A DNA stretch of 62,041 nt, filler included, from Chiloscyllium plagiosum (Eukaryota): NCBI RefSeq assembly GCF_004010195.1. It is 4 parts of one record of this genome, joined end to end, with 100 filler letters (N's around TTAATTAATTAA, not from the genome) between each part and the next. Parts side by side here need not be neighbours in the genome. Positions count along the whole stretch, not along the records: positions 1 to 26,360 come from NC_057713.1; positions 26,461 to 40,064 come from NC_057713.1; 2 more parts are not named here. One strand, written 5' to 3'. The notes below the pieces were generated by a model that was given only the letters and a program-made list of their open reading frames with translations, did no database searches and was not told the origin of the DNA. Below, one piece after another: positions 25,006 to 38,272 of the stretch (its first letter is position 1; the number at the start of each line of letters is the position of its first letter). Position numbers and translations under genes: made by a program.

Positions 25006-26059
25006 CCTGGGAGGAGCATTGAGTCAGGAATGGTTCTGGGGAAGGGTGAGACTTTGGAGGGACTCGAACGCAGTGATGAGAACATATCAGCAACCAAAGT
25101 GAAGATTGTCACGAAGACCATTTCCCTTTTGGCACAGAGAGCATGTTCATACTGCTCAGATAACACAAATCTTCAAATTTTACTGATTTATTTTGGAAAC
25201 TATTATTGCACCACAAAAGGAATGCTCTGAAATATTGAACAATATGTGAAGCTAAATTAATTCAAACATCGTTGATTCTGTATTTTAATCAAAAGGAAAA
25301 AAAATGATGAGATAGTAATTAAACTAGTGATTGTGTAAGCTAATGGGAGAGACCAGAAAATAAATTAATTCAGTTTGTACAAACCAAGGTTTATTGTATT
25401 GTATGAAACTAATTGTCTTTGACTGAAACAATATCGTACAGTAATTGCAAAGGTACTTTTAAATGAGGCTTGGACAATTTTTTTTTAAATGCAGCTTGGA
25501 TTATTTATGAACAGTACTTACAAAGATTTCTGAAGCATCAAAATGTGCCTTGCTTTTTACATTTGGGAATGCACTGCATTCAAGTGAAATTCACAAGATA
25601 TACCACTACAACCAAGTTTGACAATTTTAGTTACAGTGGAGACTTTGCACTCAGTTATGTGAATATCTTGTTCAGAATTCATGTGTTTTGGAGTGCAAAT
25701 TTCAGTTTTGGGACTTAACTTTTGAACTGTAGGAAGTAGGGGGTCTGTGTTGAATGCATTTCAACACAGGTAGGCCTGAAGGTTGTAAAAGTAGGGATGT
25801 TTCAATAATGTCATGTGTGACAATGATGTGGCTCTTAAGGTTATTTTGTGCTGGCTGTTTTTGAAGAGAGGTTGTAAGGCAGAGGAGATGTGCTGACTGG
25901 AGTAACCTAAGCAGCTTGGAAGGCTTTGGTGTTTTTGATGCAGTTTGAATGGGTGTGGCCAGTTCTCACAGATCCAGATTTCAGTGATTTTGTTTTTTTC
26001 AGTAGCAGCAGTAGCTATTGGGGTCTCAACAGAGTTAGGAAACTTCATGAAGGTCTCCT

Positions 26060-26360
26060 AGTTGCCATCAATAGGGCATCAATGTGGATTTCACCAGTTG
26101 CCTCATTCCCCCTCCCCCCACCTTACCTCAGTTCCAACCTTCCAGCTCAGTACCGCCCTCATGACCTGTTCTACCTGCCAATCTTCCTTCCCACCTATCC
26201 AGTCCAAACTCCCGCCGGTCTATCACCTTTATCCCCACCCCCATTCACCTATTGTACTCTTTGCTACCTTCTCCCCAGCCCCACCCCCCCCCCCCCCTCC
26301 CATTTATCTCTCCACCCTGGAGGGTCCCTGCCTCCATTCCTGATGAAGGGCTTTTGCTTA
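26060..26360 (+). mobile_element. Neptune-type Penelope 3' region ending in the hammerhead core at a gap
   Basis: GGCATCAATGTGGATTTCACCAGT (end of the EN ORF), C-rich 3' UTR, then CCTGATGAAGGGCTTTTG. Confidence 0.78.
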
Positions 26361-26460
26361 NNNNNNNNNNNNNNNNNNNNNNNNNNNNNNNNNNNNNNNN
26401 NNNNTTAATTAATTAANNNNNNNNNNNNNNNNNNNNNNNNNNNNNNNNNNNNNNNNNNNN
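26361..26460. other. Artificial scaffold linker N44-TTAATTAATTAA-N44
   Basis: Exactly 100 bp with a six-frame stop core at 26405-26416. Confidence 0.97.
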
Positions 26461-27046
26461 CATTTAAGAAAGATTTGGATAGAGCTCTCAAAGATAATGG
26501 AATCAAGGGTTATGGAGATAAGGCAGGAAGAGGATACTGATTAAGGATGATCAGCCATGATCATATTGAATGGCGGTGCAGGCTCGAAGGGCTGAATAGC
26601 CTACTCCTGCACCTATTGTCTATTGTCTATTGTCTACTGTCTTATCTTTTCTTAAATGCGAGGACAATATATGTGACAATATATATGTGAGGCAAGCAGA
26701 ATGGCAAGGGTGAGAGTTTGTCATTGATCGCTTGACAGTTGGGACAGATGCATGCTCTGCATTTCTGAATCTGGCTGAATCTATCTGGGCTGTTTCCACG
26801 TCAGGAACAGAAGCGATTAGACAATGATTAGAGTATGCGCTCCTGCGATTTAAAATGGAGCAAGTGGTGATATTGTTCTTAGATTCAGTTCTTTGTGCCA
26901 AATAGGAGCTGAATTGTCAGAACCAATTAGGAGGATTTGGCTTCTGTTTGCTGTGATAAACACAGCAAATTAAGACTGTTTGCAAATGCATCAGTGCTTA
27001 CCATGAGACGCATTGATCGCCTTTGAGATTGGATTTGCACAAAATG

Positions 27047-27094
27047 ATCGATGGGAGTCTATATCATTAGGGAGAGCAATATTAACCCTGATAT

Positions 27095-27132
<38 letters not shown>

Positions 27133-27164
27133 TGCTCCCCCTAATGATATAGACTCCCATTGAT
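27047..27164. repeat. 36-bp inverted repeat enclosing a (CA)n(TA)n microsatellite
   Basis: 27047-27082 versus the reverse complement of 27129-27164, 2 mismatches. Confidence 0.92.
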
Positions 27165-27179
27165 AATATATATAATGTG

Positions 27180-27390
27180 GAGATATTGATGTTGGACTGG
27201 GGTGGACAATTCAGAAGCCACCCAACGCCAGGTTATAGTCCAACAGATTTATTTGAAATCACAAGCTCTCAGAGCGCTGCTCCATTGTCAGGTGAAGTCG
27301 CTCCATCCGACAAAGGGACATGGTCAGAAAGCTTGTGATTTCAAATAAAGCTGTTGGACTATAACCTGGTGTTGGGTGGCTTCTGACTGA
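27180..27390. mobile_element. PLE terminal-repeat foldback insert (family C)
   Basis: About 55-bp arms TCAGAAGCCACCCAACGCCAGGTTATAGTCCAACAG..ACAAGCT and its inverse; decayed hammerhead on the minus strand. Confidence 0.72.
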
Positions 27391-28669
27391 CCTATATAAG
27401 CATTGGTGATGGCAAGTTAAGGAGAACAGGCAGAGCAAATGCGCGTTGAAGAACACATCGGGAATAAGATACTGGAAATACTGGAAATACTCAACAAGTC
27501 TGACAGCATCTGTGGAGAGAAAACGCAGAGTTAACGTTTGAGTTTACTATCACTCTTCTTCAGGCCAGATTTGAAATCATTTTCCTTTCAATGACTTTGA
27601 AGCCTTTCAAAATCTGGTGAATTTGTGTCAGAATTAGATTCAGGAGGAACTTTGAAAAGGTAATGGGACGTACATGTGCAGATCAGTGATTTGTGTGGGT
27701 CAGGGGGAAATCTGGGCTACGGGGACTAAACAAGACAACTCTTTTCATAAGACCATAAGATATAGGAGCAGAATTAGACCATTCGGCCCATTCAATCATG
27801 GCTTGTAGGTTTCTCAGCGCCATTCGTTTGCCTCTGGCATGATGCACTGTAAGAATCCAGGGGGAGCTTAGCAAAGTGTGCTAGGATGCGGTATTACATT
27901 GAAAGTGCCACATAAATGTGGGCTTTGTTGCCTGACCCACTCTGCAAGTTTGAAGACAAATTGTGGCATAGGCTTGTCAGTTTAGATGCTGTGCTAGTCC
28001 CTGGTGTACCTATTCATTCGGGCTGTGAATGTTCTGTCATGTGAAGCGATTGATTCAATGCAACCATCTCTATGATCCCACTGGTACAACACACCACTGC
28101 CAGCGGTGAAGAAAGGGAACTTTTGACTTCTCTGACAATGAGGGGTTTTGATGGGATTGTTTGGATGGAAGCTGTTAAGTAACTCTGCACCTGAGTGAGA
28201 CAAGAAATTCAAAGGACTTTTATCAATTGTGGGCGTGTGGTGAGATCTGTTTCGCTTCCACACCATCTCATATAAAGGCAGAGTCAGGAATTCCCTGTGT
28301 GAATTCTGTCTGAGGTTGTAACTCACCCATCAGGCAGCCATTGTGATTTTGCCTCCTCTATTTATACCTCTTTCCCACTTTGCTGCCACAGAAAATGACA
28401 TGCTAATTCTTCACTGACAAGGAAGTATTGGAGAAACTCAGCAGGTCTGGCAGCATCTGTGGAGGGAGAAGCAGTGTAAGTGTTTCGAGTCTAGTGACCC
28501 ATCTTCTCGTGTCTAATGTCATCACTCGTACTGCAGAGATCTGGACTAGGACCCTGATAAATCTCATCAGGACGACTGGTGGAGTTTAAAGTTATTGAAT
28601 GAATCTGGAATTAAGAAGCTTAGTCCCAAAATAAATACAACTATTAAAAATCCATTCAGTTTCCTTTTG

Positions 28670-29830
28670 ATAAGGGTAGTAAGGACAAGCCAGGGAACTA
28701 TAGACCAGTGAGCCTGACATGGGTTGTGGACAAGTTGGTGGAAGGAATCCTGAGGGACAGGATGTACATGTATTTGGAAAGACAAGGACTGATTAGGGAT
28801 AGTCAGCTTGGCTTTGTGCATGGGAAATCATGTCTCACAAACTTGATTGAGTATTTTGAAGAAGTAACAAAGAGGATTGATGAGGGCAGAGGGGTAGATG
28901 TGATCTATATGACTTCAGTAAGGCGTTCAACAAGGTTCCCCATGGGAGACTGATTAACAAGGTTAGATCTCACGGAATACAGGGAGAACTAGCCATTTGG
29001 ATACAGAACTGGCTCAAAGGTAGAAGACAGAGGGTGGTGGTGGAGGGTTGTTTTTCAGACTGGAGGCCTGTGACCAGTGGAGTGCCACAAGGATCAGTGC
29101 TGGGTCCACTACGTTAGTAAGTTTGCAGATGACACCTAAATTGGAGGTGTAGTTGACAGCGAAAAAGGTTATCTCAGATTACAACGGGATCTTGACCAGA
29201 TGGGCCAATGGGCTGAGAAGTGGCAGATGGAGTTTAATTCAGATAAATGCGAGGTGCTGCATTTTGGGAAAGCAAATCTNNNNNNNNNNNNNNNNNNNNN
29301 NNNNNNNNNNNNNNNNNNNNNNNNNNNNNNNNNNNNNNNNNNNNNNNNNNNNNNNNNNNNNNNNNNNNNNNNNNNNNNNNNNNNNNNNNNNNNNNNNNNN
29401 NNNNNNNNNNNNNNNNNNNNNNNNNNNNNNNNNNNNNNNNNNNNNNNNNGGGTGACCTTATAGAGGTTTATAAAATCATGAGGGGCATGGATAGGGTAAA
29501 TAGACAAAGTCTTTTCCCTGGGGTTGGGGAGTCAGAACTGGAGGGTATAGATTTAGGGTGAGAGGGGAAAGATATAACAGAGACCTAAGGGGCAACTTTT
29601 TCACACAGAGGGTGGTACGTGTATGCAATGAGCTGCCAGAGGAAGTGGTGGAGGCTGGTACAATTGCAACATTTAAGAGGCATTTGGATGGGTATATGAA
29701 TAGGAAGTGTTTGGAGGGATGTGGGCCGGGTGCTGGCAGGTGGAACTAGATTGGGTTGGGATATCTGGTCGTCATGGACGGGTTGGACTGAAGGGTCTGT
29801 TACCATGCTGTACATCTCTATGACTCTATG
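28670..29830 (+). mobile_element. HER1/CR1 LINE RT-to-tail fragment spanning an N gap (29280-29449)
   Basis: [37 protein letters not shown], tail. Confidence 0.93.
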
Positions 29831-30469
29831 AAATCTGCTGTCATTATTTGGTCTGGCCTACATGTGACTCTAGACCTAAAGCAATGGGGTTGAATCACCT
29901 CTTGACATGGCCAACAGAGCAAGACTCTCAAGGGCAGCAAATACTGGCTTTGCCATGTCTCATGAATGGGTGAAAGATTAGTATAACACTGAGAACTGGA
30001 GACGCTGCAAGTGGTGGTGTTCTCATATATTTCTGCCCTAGTCCTTCTAGTTAGAAGTGCAGTGGGTTTGGAAGGTACTGCCTAAGGAGCCTTTGATGAT
30101 TATTGTAAATCTTGAGAATGGTACATAGTGCTGCTACTGAGTGTTGGGAATAGATCTCTGATGCCTCCTCGACACCCATCAGGCATGTCCTTCCAGGGTC
30201 GCCTCAATCCATACAGTCCTTCCAGAATGTCACTGAATTACAATCTGAAAATTAATATTCAGAATCATTACTTTAGCTGTATGCCCTCTTTTTGAAAAAA
30301 AAACAACTTAGTTTGGAATCAAAAGTTCATGATGTTTATAGATAGTCCCAGGGTTAGGATCTGTCATTGTGACTTCTATACTCGTTCACCTCTAAGTTAG
30401 GGCTGGGGCAATGTTTTACTTGGGCCTCTCTGTACTGAACCTAACCTGGGAATGTTTGATGTTCAGCAG

Positions 30470-33400
30470 CAACTTAAACCAGGAATTTCTCCACTGGGTC
30501 TTAAACAAACTCCCTCTGGTACAAAACCACGCCATACATCACCTGCTACACTGGGTCCTCAGCAGACCCTCTGCAAAAATACACTAAACTGCTACCTACC
30601 TGCTCCACAGTGTCCTTGGAAGTTCACTTAAACTGGAAGCAGTCAGAGTCCACTCCACCAGACCACTGGGCCATCAAATGTAAGAAACCTACACAGAAGC
30701 GGGGTAAGTGTGCCGGCCTGCTAGTAAGACTGAGACTACGTGCTTTCAAGACCCCACTTCCTCGCTTACTCCGAGCAAATGTACAACCTCTGGAGATCAA
30801 GATGGACGAACTCAGATGACGGCTCAGCTTCCGGCGTGAATTGTGGGACAGCTGCGCACTCTGCTTCACAGAAACCTGGCTCAACCCATCCATTAGGAGA
30901 AAGTGAGGACTGCAGGTGCTGGGGATCAGAGCTTAAAAATGTGTTGCTGGAAAAGCGCAGCAGGTCAGGCAGCATCAAAGGAGAAGGAGAATCGACATTT
31001 CGGGCATAAGAGGAAATGTCGATTCTCCTTCTCCTTTGATGCTGCCTGACCTGCTGCGCTTTTCCATCAACCCATCCATTCCCAATTGCGCACTTCAGGC
31101 TGATGGTTTTTCTACCCATTGCATGGACCGTACAGAGTCCTTGGGTAAGACAAAGGGTGGAGGGGCTTGCTTTTTAATCAACAATTTGTGGTGCACGGAC
31201 ATTGCAACCCTGAGCAGCCACTCCTCCCCAAATCTTGAACTCCTCATCATCAAATGCTGCCCCTTCTATCTACCACGGGAATTTACCGCTGCTATACTAC
31301 CTGCTGTGTGCATACTGCCACAAGCAAAGCTTGAGGAAGCTTTGGATGTGCTGTCCTCCACCACTGACACTCTGGAGACCAAACACTGTGAGGCCCTGCT
31401 TATTGTAACTGGCGACTTCAATCAAGCCAATCTAAGGAAGGTGTTGCCCAAGTACCACCAGAACATTACCGGCCCCACCAGGGGCCCGAACATTTTAGAC
31501 CACTGCTACACCACTGTGAAAGATGCCTACTGCTCCATCCCCCGCCCTCATTTCGGGAACTCCGACCACAATGCTGTGTTTCTTCCCCCAGCCTACAGGC
31601 AAAACTCAAGCAGAAGACCCCCCGCACGGATACAGGTCCGGGCTGGACAGAGGATCAACTCCGGTGCTGTCTGGAATCGGCTGATTGGGCCATGTTCGAA
31701 CAGTTCGCCAGTACCTTGGACGAGTACACCACCACCGTCACAGACTTTATCTGTGTGGAGGACTGCATACCGAGGAAGTCAACAGGAAACCCTGGATGAA
31801 TCAGGACATACATAACCTGCTAAAAATCAGGCATGAGGCCTTCAGATCAGGAGACCCACTCAAGTATAAGGAATCCAAGCATGACCTTCACAGAGCCATT
31901 AAGACAGCCAAGGACCAATACCGATCCAAACTAGAGACCCAGACAGACACCGGCAACTATGGCAAGGACTGACTGACATCACAGTTCTAAAAAGAGACAG
32001 TGCAAGATAGCAGACGATGTCATATCCCTCCCAGATCATCTCAACACCTTCTATGCTCGCTTTGAGCAGACTTTCAGTGGAGAGGTAACACCTAGTCTGA
32101 CAAGTCCTGACAAACCTATCCCAACAGTCACTGCATCAGAGGTCAGATCAGTTTTCCTTCGTGTGAATCCAAAGAAAGCGATGGGACCAGGCGGAGTACC
32201 AGGCCGTGCACTCAGAGCATGCGCAGATCAACTGGCAGAGGTCTTTGTGGTCATCTTCAACCTGTCCCTTCAACAGGCCATTGTCCCTGCCTGTTTCAAG
32301 AGGGCCAACATCATCCCTGTGCCTAAGAAAGCTCATGCAGCGTGTCTCAATGACGACCGCTCAGTGGCCCTAACTTTGGTGGTCTTGAAGTGCTTTGAAA
32401 GGCTGGTCATGGCATTAATCAACTTCAGTCTCCCCACAACTCTTGACCCACTCCAATTTGCCTATCGGACCAACAGCTCCACATCAGATGCCATACCCCT
32501 TGCCCTTCACTCCTCCCTAGAACATCTTGACACCAAGAACAACTACGTAAGAATCCTACTCATTGACTACAGTTCAGCCTTCAACACTATTATCCCCTCG
32601 AGACTGATTACCAAACTTAGTGATCTCAGACTAAGCCCCACTCTCTGCAACTGGATCCTCAGTTTCCTGACCCACAGGCCACAATCAGTGAAGACTGGGG
32701 ACAATATTTCATCCTCACTAACACTCAACACTCGATCCCCAGGGGTGCGTACTCAGCCCCCTACTATACTCACTGTATACCAATGACTGCGTCGCCAAAT
32801 ACCAGACTAATGCCATTTACAAGTTCGCTGATGACACCACCATAGTCGGTTGAATCTCAGATGGCGACGAAACAGGCTACAGAGGGGAGGTGGAAGACCT
32901 GAAAGAATGATGCACTGAGAACAACCCAGCTCTCAATGCCGGCAAAACCAAGGGAATCATTATTGACTTTTGGCAGGATGTTACTCATGACCCCCTACAC
33001 ATTAACAGCACAGAGGTGGAATGAGTGGACAGTGTCGTCCACAACAAGCTTTCTTGGACTCTTCATGTGGACGTACTGGTTACAAGGGCCCAACAACGTC
33101 TCTTCTTCCTCAGGCAGCTGAGGAAATTTGGCATGACGGTGAATACCCTCGCCAACTTTTATAGGTGCACCATCGAAAGCATTCTGTCTGGATGTATCAC
33201 TACCTGGTATGGCAACTGTACCATTCAAGATCGGAGATGGTTACAGAGAGTGGTGAACTCGGTCGGAACCATCACAAAGGCCAACCTCCCATCTATAGAA
33301 TCCATCTACCAGGCCCCACTGTCAAGGAAAGGCCGCCAGCATTCTCAAAGATCCATCCCACCCTGGCAATGTTTTTCTACAACCTCTACCATCGGGGAGA

Positions 33401-33649
33401 AGGTACAGAAGCCTGAACACACGCACCAGCCGGTTTCACAACAGTGTCTATCCTACTGTTGTTAGAATACTGAATGGCCTCACAAACTCTTAACGTTCAC
33501 CTGTCCCTGTGTTTTTGTTTTTGCCGCTGTTTACCTAGTATTTAGTATCTATGCTACTTAACTCTGTGATCTGCCTGTATTGCTCACAAGACAAAGCTTT
33601 TCACTGTGCCTCGGGACACGTGACAATCAATTCAATTTGATTCAATTCA
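30470..33649 (+). mobile_element. Near full-length Rex1/Babar LINE (APE endonuclease + RT), frameshifted
   Basis: KRGK.AG.LVRL, CFTETWL, KGGGACFLINN, GDFNQANL, LDHCYT, SDHN; RT IIPVPKK, QFAYR, IDYSSAFNTI, PQGCVLSP, KFADDTT; (TTCAA)n tail. The 5' boundary is approximate. Confidence 0.92.
30895..31066. mobile_element. PLE foldback insert (family A) with exact 14-bp TSD inside Rex1
   Basis: TCAACCCATCCATT at 30881-30894 and 31067-31080. Confidence 0.9.
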
Positions 33650-33674
33650 TGTTGACATTGTGACCACAACATAC

Positions 33675-34220
33675 AGTGCTCCCTGCAGGAATGGTGTGGT
33701 TGCACTCAACGGGGTGCAGTGGAGATTCCCCAGGATGCTCCCTGGGATGGAGCATCTCCGTGATGGAGAGAGGGTGGATAAGCTCAAGTTACTTTCTTTT
33801 GAGCAGAGAGACTTGGTGTGGGGGGGGTGTGTGCTGGCGGGGGGTCGGTGGGGGGTCATGATAGAGGGGTGTAAGATTATAAGGGGCGTGGATAGGGTGG
33901 ATAGAAAGCAGCCGTTCCCCTGAGTTGAAGGGTCAGTAACAGGGAGCCATAAATTTAAAGTGAAAGGCAGGAGATTTGGAGAGGATTTGAGGATAAGCTT
34001 TTCACCCAGGGAGGCCGGTTCTGGAATGCAATGCCTGGGAGGGGAGTTGAGGCAGGAAACCTCACAACTTTTAAAAAGTATTTGGATGAGCACTCGATGT
34101 GCCATAACATTCAAGGCTTTGCGCCGAGTGTGGGAAAGTGGAGCTAATGCAAATATAGTGTATTTTTGGTAGCACAGGCTTGATGGGTTGAAGGGCCTCT
34201 TCTATATTGTATGATTCTGT
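33675..34220 (+). mobile_element. CR1 LINE 3' fragment
   Basis: VQWRFPRMLPGME..IEGCKIIRGVDRVD; tail. Confidence 0.82.
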
Positions 34221-34264
34221 AATTGCTTTCCTCTCAGCTTGATTCAACAAATAAAGAAGAGTAT

Positions 34265-34565
34265 CATAGAATCATAGAATCCCAACTGCGTGGAAACAGG
34301 CCATTTGACCTAACATGTCAACACCAACCCTTCGAAGAGTATCCCACCCAGACCCTATCTATTACTCTACCTAACTAATGCACCTAGCCTGCACATCCCT
34401 GAACACTATGGGCAATTTAGCATGGTCAATCCACCCTAACCTGAACATCTTTGGACTGTGAGAGGAAACCAGAGCACTCAGAGGAAAGCCCGCATGATCT
34501 GGGGAGAATGTGCAATCTCCACACAGACCGTCACTCGAGACTGGAATCGAACCTGGGTCCTGGGT
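34265..34565 (-). mobile_element. HE1-type V-SINE (5' truncated)
   Basis: B box, V-domain and (TCTATGA)n-like tail on the minus strand. Confidence 0.85.
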
Positions 34566-35214
34566 AGAAACATAACATGATAAATGTGCATTCAAACAGA
34601 TACCATTGCAAAGCAATAAAGTTTTACATTTAATTTCCAGGCAGACGCAGGCCACTCTGCCCAACTGGTCAATTCTGTTCCATCTGTGCCCCTGGCCATT
34701 CTATTTCATTTCCCCACATCATCGCACCTGTCTATTCATCATTTCCTCATGTGGTCTACTAGCTTCCTCTTAAATACATTAGTGTTGTTCATCTGAACTA
34801 CTCAATGTATTTGCGTGGTCCGCAGTTTATCCACTCGCTGGCTTCCTATAAGATTATGAATGATTGGGGTAACTTTGCATTACTTAGACAAATCTCCAAT
34901 CGATCTTTGCTCAGTATATCTGAATGAGTGGTTGCAGAAAAACGTGAAACGTGAAACCTCATTCACTGTAGAATTCCCGCACACTGACAGCTCCTGATTT
35001 TAAAATAATAATCCATACAAACGCTGCTTTGTTTCCATTTTTGTAAAACTCTAAGTGACATGTCAGGTCAAGTGAATGCGCAGTCAAGCAGATGAGCATT
35101 AGTAATGAAAAGTAATGAGTTTGTGGTGACACAGGTACACCAGCGGAATCAGAGTTGAAACAAGAATAAAAGAAAAGAATTTGTGTTTTTGTCACACTGT
35201 GAAAAAGCATCAGG

Positions 35215-35790
35215 CTGTTGTGAAGTGCTTGATAATGAATTAGGTATTTCTGAGGTGTTATCCCTGCTGCATTTTGAGGAACATAATGACTAATTTGCAC
35301 ACAGCAGGTTCCTGCAGACAGCAAATGAAATTACAGTCAGATTCTTTGGTTTACTGAACTTAATCGTGGAATGGATAGTGGCGTGGAGAATTCTCCTGGT
35401 TTCCTTTAAAGTAGACTCCTGTCCATCTATTGTGGAACCCAGATTCCCAGTTTAGTTTCATATCTGTAAAATAACTGCACAGAAGACGGTATCCCATCAC
35501 TCTTTATTTACACATGCAAGGTACATGGACTCTAACCAGCCAACTCAGAGCCTGTCCCTAGACTGAGGAGACTTTCTGAATCTCCTGTTTATATCTGTCA
35601 GCCAGGGCTCCCTGATTGACCCAGTCCCAATCAAGGATCTCACAGTCAATGAGATCCATTTGAACCTGGTTCGAGTCACTGCAGACTGAAAGATGATGAT
35701 TCTGATAGTGCAGCACTCACTCAGTACCGGCAGTGTCAGCCCAGCGGTTTGTTGTTCAGTATCTGGAGTTGGACTCAAACTCATGCCTTG
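35215..35790 (-). mobile_element. Ancient DeuSINE (SacSINE1/AmnSINE1-like), split by a solo LTR
   Basis: Minus-strand GGCTGACACT..GTACTGAGTGAGTGCTGCACT head and plus-strand AATTTGCACACAGCAGGTTCC..ACAGCAAATG match my recollection of the Deu domain. Confidence 0.6.
35467..35683 (-). mobile_element. Solo LTR (same family as 44216-44447)
   Basis: Shares TTTATTTACACATGCA and CCTGTTTATATCTGTCAGCCAGGGCTCCCTGATTG with the TSD-bounded copy. Confidence 0.72.
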
Positions 35791-35889
35791 CTGATGACAA
35801 TGGGGAGAGTTCCTTTCATTGAGTCCTCATGATATGAGAATGCAGATGAGCACATTTCCACTTTAATTTCATAAAGTAGGGAGATGCAT

Positions 35890-37670
35890 AGAGTCATAGA
35901 GTCATAGAGATGTACAGCATGGAAACAGACCCTTCGGTCCAACTCATCCATGCCGACCAGATATCCCAACCCATCTAGTGCCACCTGCCAGCACTTGGCC
36001 CATATCTCTGCAAACCCTTCCTATTCATATACCCATTCAAATGCCTCTTAAATGTTGCAATTGTACCAGCCTCCACCACTTCCTCTGGCAGCTCATTCCA
36101 TACATGTATCACCCTCTGCATGAAAAAGTTGCCCCTTAGGACTCTTTTAAATCTTTCTCCTCTCACCTCTAGTTATGAACTCCCCAATCCCAGGGAAAAG
36201 ATTTTGCCTATTTATCCTATCTATGCCCCTCATAATTTGTAAACCTCTATAAGGTCAACCCTCAGCCTCCGACGCTTCAGGGAAAACAGCCCCAGCCTGT
36301 TCAGCCTCTCCCTGTAGCTCAAATCCTCCAACCCTGGCAACATCCTTGTAAATCTTTTCTGAACCCTTTCAAGATTCACAACATCTTTCCGATAGGAAGG
36401 AGACCAGAGTTGCGCGCAATATTCCAACAGTGGCCTAACCAATGTCCTGTACAGCCGCAACGTGACGTCCCAACTCCTGTACTCAATACTCTGACCAATA
36501 AAGGAAAGCATACCAAACGCCTTTTTCGCTATCCTATCTACCTGCGACTCCACTTTCAAGGGGCTATGAACATGCACTCCAAGGTCTCTTTGTTCAGTAA
36601 CACTCCCTAGGACCTTACCATTAAGTGTATAAGTCCTGCTAAGATTTGCTCTCCCAAAATGCAGCACCTCGCACTTATCTGAATTAAACTCCATTAGTTC
36701 TCCCTGTATTCCATGAGATCTAACCTTGCTAACCAGTCTCCCATGGGGAACCTTGTCGAACGACTTACTGAAGTCCATATAGATCACATCTACCACTTTG
36801 CCCTCATCAATCCTCTTTGTTACTTCTTCAAAAAACTCAGTGAAGTTTGTGAGACATGATTTCCCATGCACAAAGCCATGTTGACTATCCTGAATCAGCT
36901 CTTGCCTTTCCAAATACATGTACATCCTATCCCTCAGGATTCCCTCCAACAACTTGTCTACCACCGACGTCAGGCTCACTGGTCTTTACTTCCCTGGCTT
37001 GTCCTTACCTCCCTTCTTAAACAGTGGCACCACATTTGCCAACCTCCAGTCTTCTGGCACCTCACCTGTGACTATTGATGATACAAATATCTCAGCAAGA
37101 GGCCCAGCAATCACTTCCTTAGCTTCCCACAGAGTTCTCGGGTACACTTGATCAGGTCCTGGGGATTTATTCACCTTTACCGTTTCAAGACATCCAGCAC
37201 TTCCTCCTCAGTAATCTGGACATTTTTCAAGATGTCACCATCTATTTCCCTACATTCTATATCTTCCATATTCTTTTCCACAGCATCTCCCGCATTTTCT
37301 GCGGTTCCACACAAAGGCTGCCTTGCTGATCGTTGAGGGGCCCTATTGTCTCCCTAGTCACCCTTTTGTCCTTAATGTATTTGTAAAAACCCTTTGGATT
37401 CTCCTTAATTCTATTTGCCAAAGCTATCTCATGTCCCCTTTGTGGCCTCCTGATTTCCCTCTTAAGTATACTCCTACTTCCTTTCTATTCTTCTGAGGAT
37501 TCACTTAATCTATCCGGTCTATACCTTACATATGCTTCCTTCTTTTTCTTAACCAAGCCCTCAATTTCTTTTGTCATCCAGCATTCCCTGTACCAACCAG
37601 CCTTTCCTTTCAGCCTGAACAGGAATATACTTTTTCTGGATTCTCGTTATCTCATTTCTGAAGGCTTCCC
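35890..37670 (-). mobile_element. HER1/CR1 LINE ORF2 fragment with internal RT deletion
   Basis: KSPGPDQVYPR, WRLANVVPLFKKG, QHGFVHGKSCLTN, DFSKSFDKVPH, then IQGEL|MEFNSDK junction lacking the PQG and FADD motifs; tail. Confidence 0.94.
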
Positions 37671-37671
37671 A

Positions 37672-38272
37672 TTTATCTTTCCCCTCTCAGCCTAAACCTA
37701 TGCTCTCTAGTTCTGGACTCCCCCATCCCAAGGAAAAGACCTTGTCTATTACCCTCTCCCTGCCTCTCATGATTTTATAAACTTCAATATGATCATCCCT
37801 CAGCCTCCAACGTTCCAGGGAAAACAGCCCCAGCCTATTCAGCTTCTTCCTATAGCTTAAACCCTCCAACCCTGGCAACATCCTTGTACCTCTTTACTGA
37901 ATCCTTTTAAGTTTCACAACATCCTTCCTACAGCAGGGAGACCAGAAATCAAAGTGTTCCAAAAGTGGCCTAACCAATGTCCTGTATAGTCACAACATGA
38001 TCTCCCAATTCCTATACTCAATACTCTGACCAATAAAGGAAAGCATACCAAACACCTTCTTCGCTATCCTATTTCCCTGCGACTCCACTTTCAAGGAGCT
38101 ATGAACCTGCACTCCAATGTCTCTTTGTTCAGCAACACTCCCTAGGACCTTACCATTAAGTGTATAAGTCCTGCTCTGATTTGCCTTTCCAGAATGCAGC
38201 ACCTCGCATTTATTAAAATTAAACTGCATCTGCCACTCCTCAGCCCATTGGCCCATCTGGTCAAGATCTCGT
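37672..38272 (-). mobile_element. HER1/CR1 LINE fragment
   Basis: WAEEWQMQFN..KCEVLH..LGLFSLERWRLR. Confidence 0.9.

Noticed and set aside
26405..26416. TTAATTAATTAA palindrome as a biological motif
   Set aside because: It is centred identically in three 100-bp N blocks and is an assembly linker.
31036..32786. 259-aa and 207-aa ORFs as genes
   Set aside because: They are frameshifted pieces of the Rex1 ORF; the first starts inside a PLE insert.
36230..36979. 249-aa ORF as a host gene
   Set aside because: It is a HER1/CR1 ORF2 remnant with an in-frame deletion that removes the PQG and FADD motifs.
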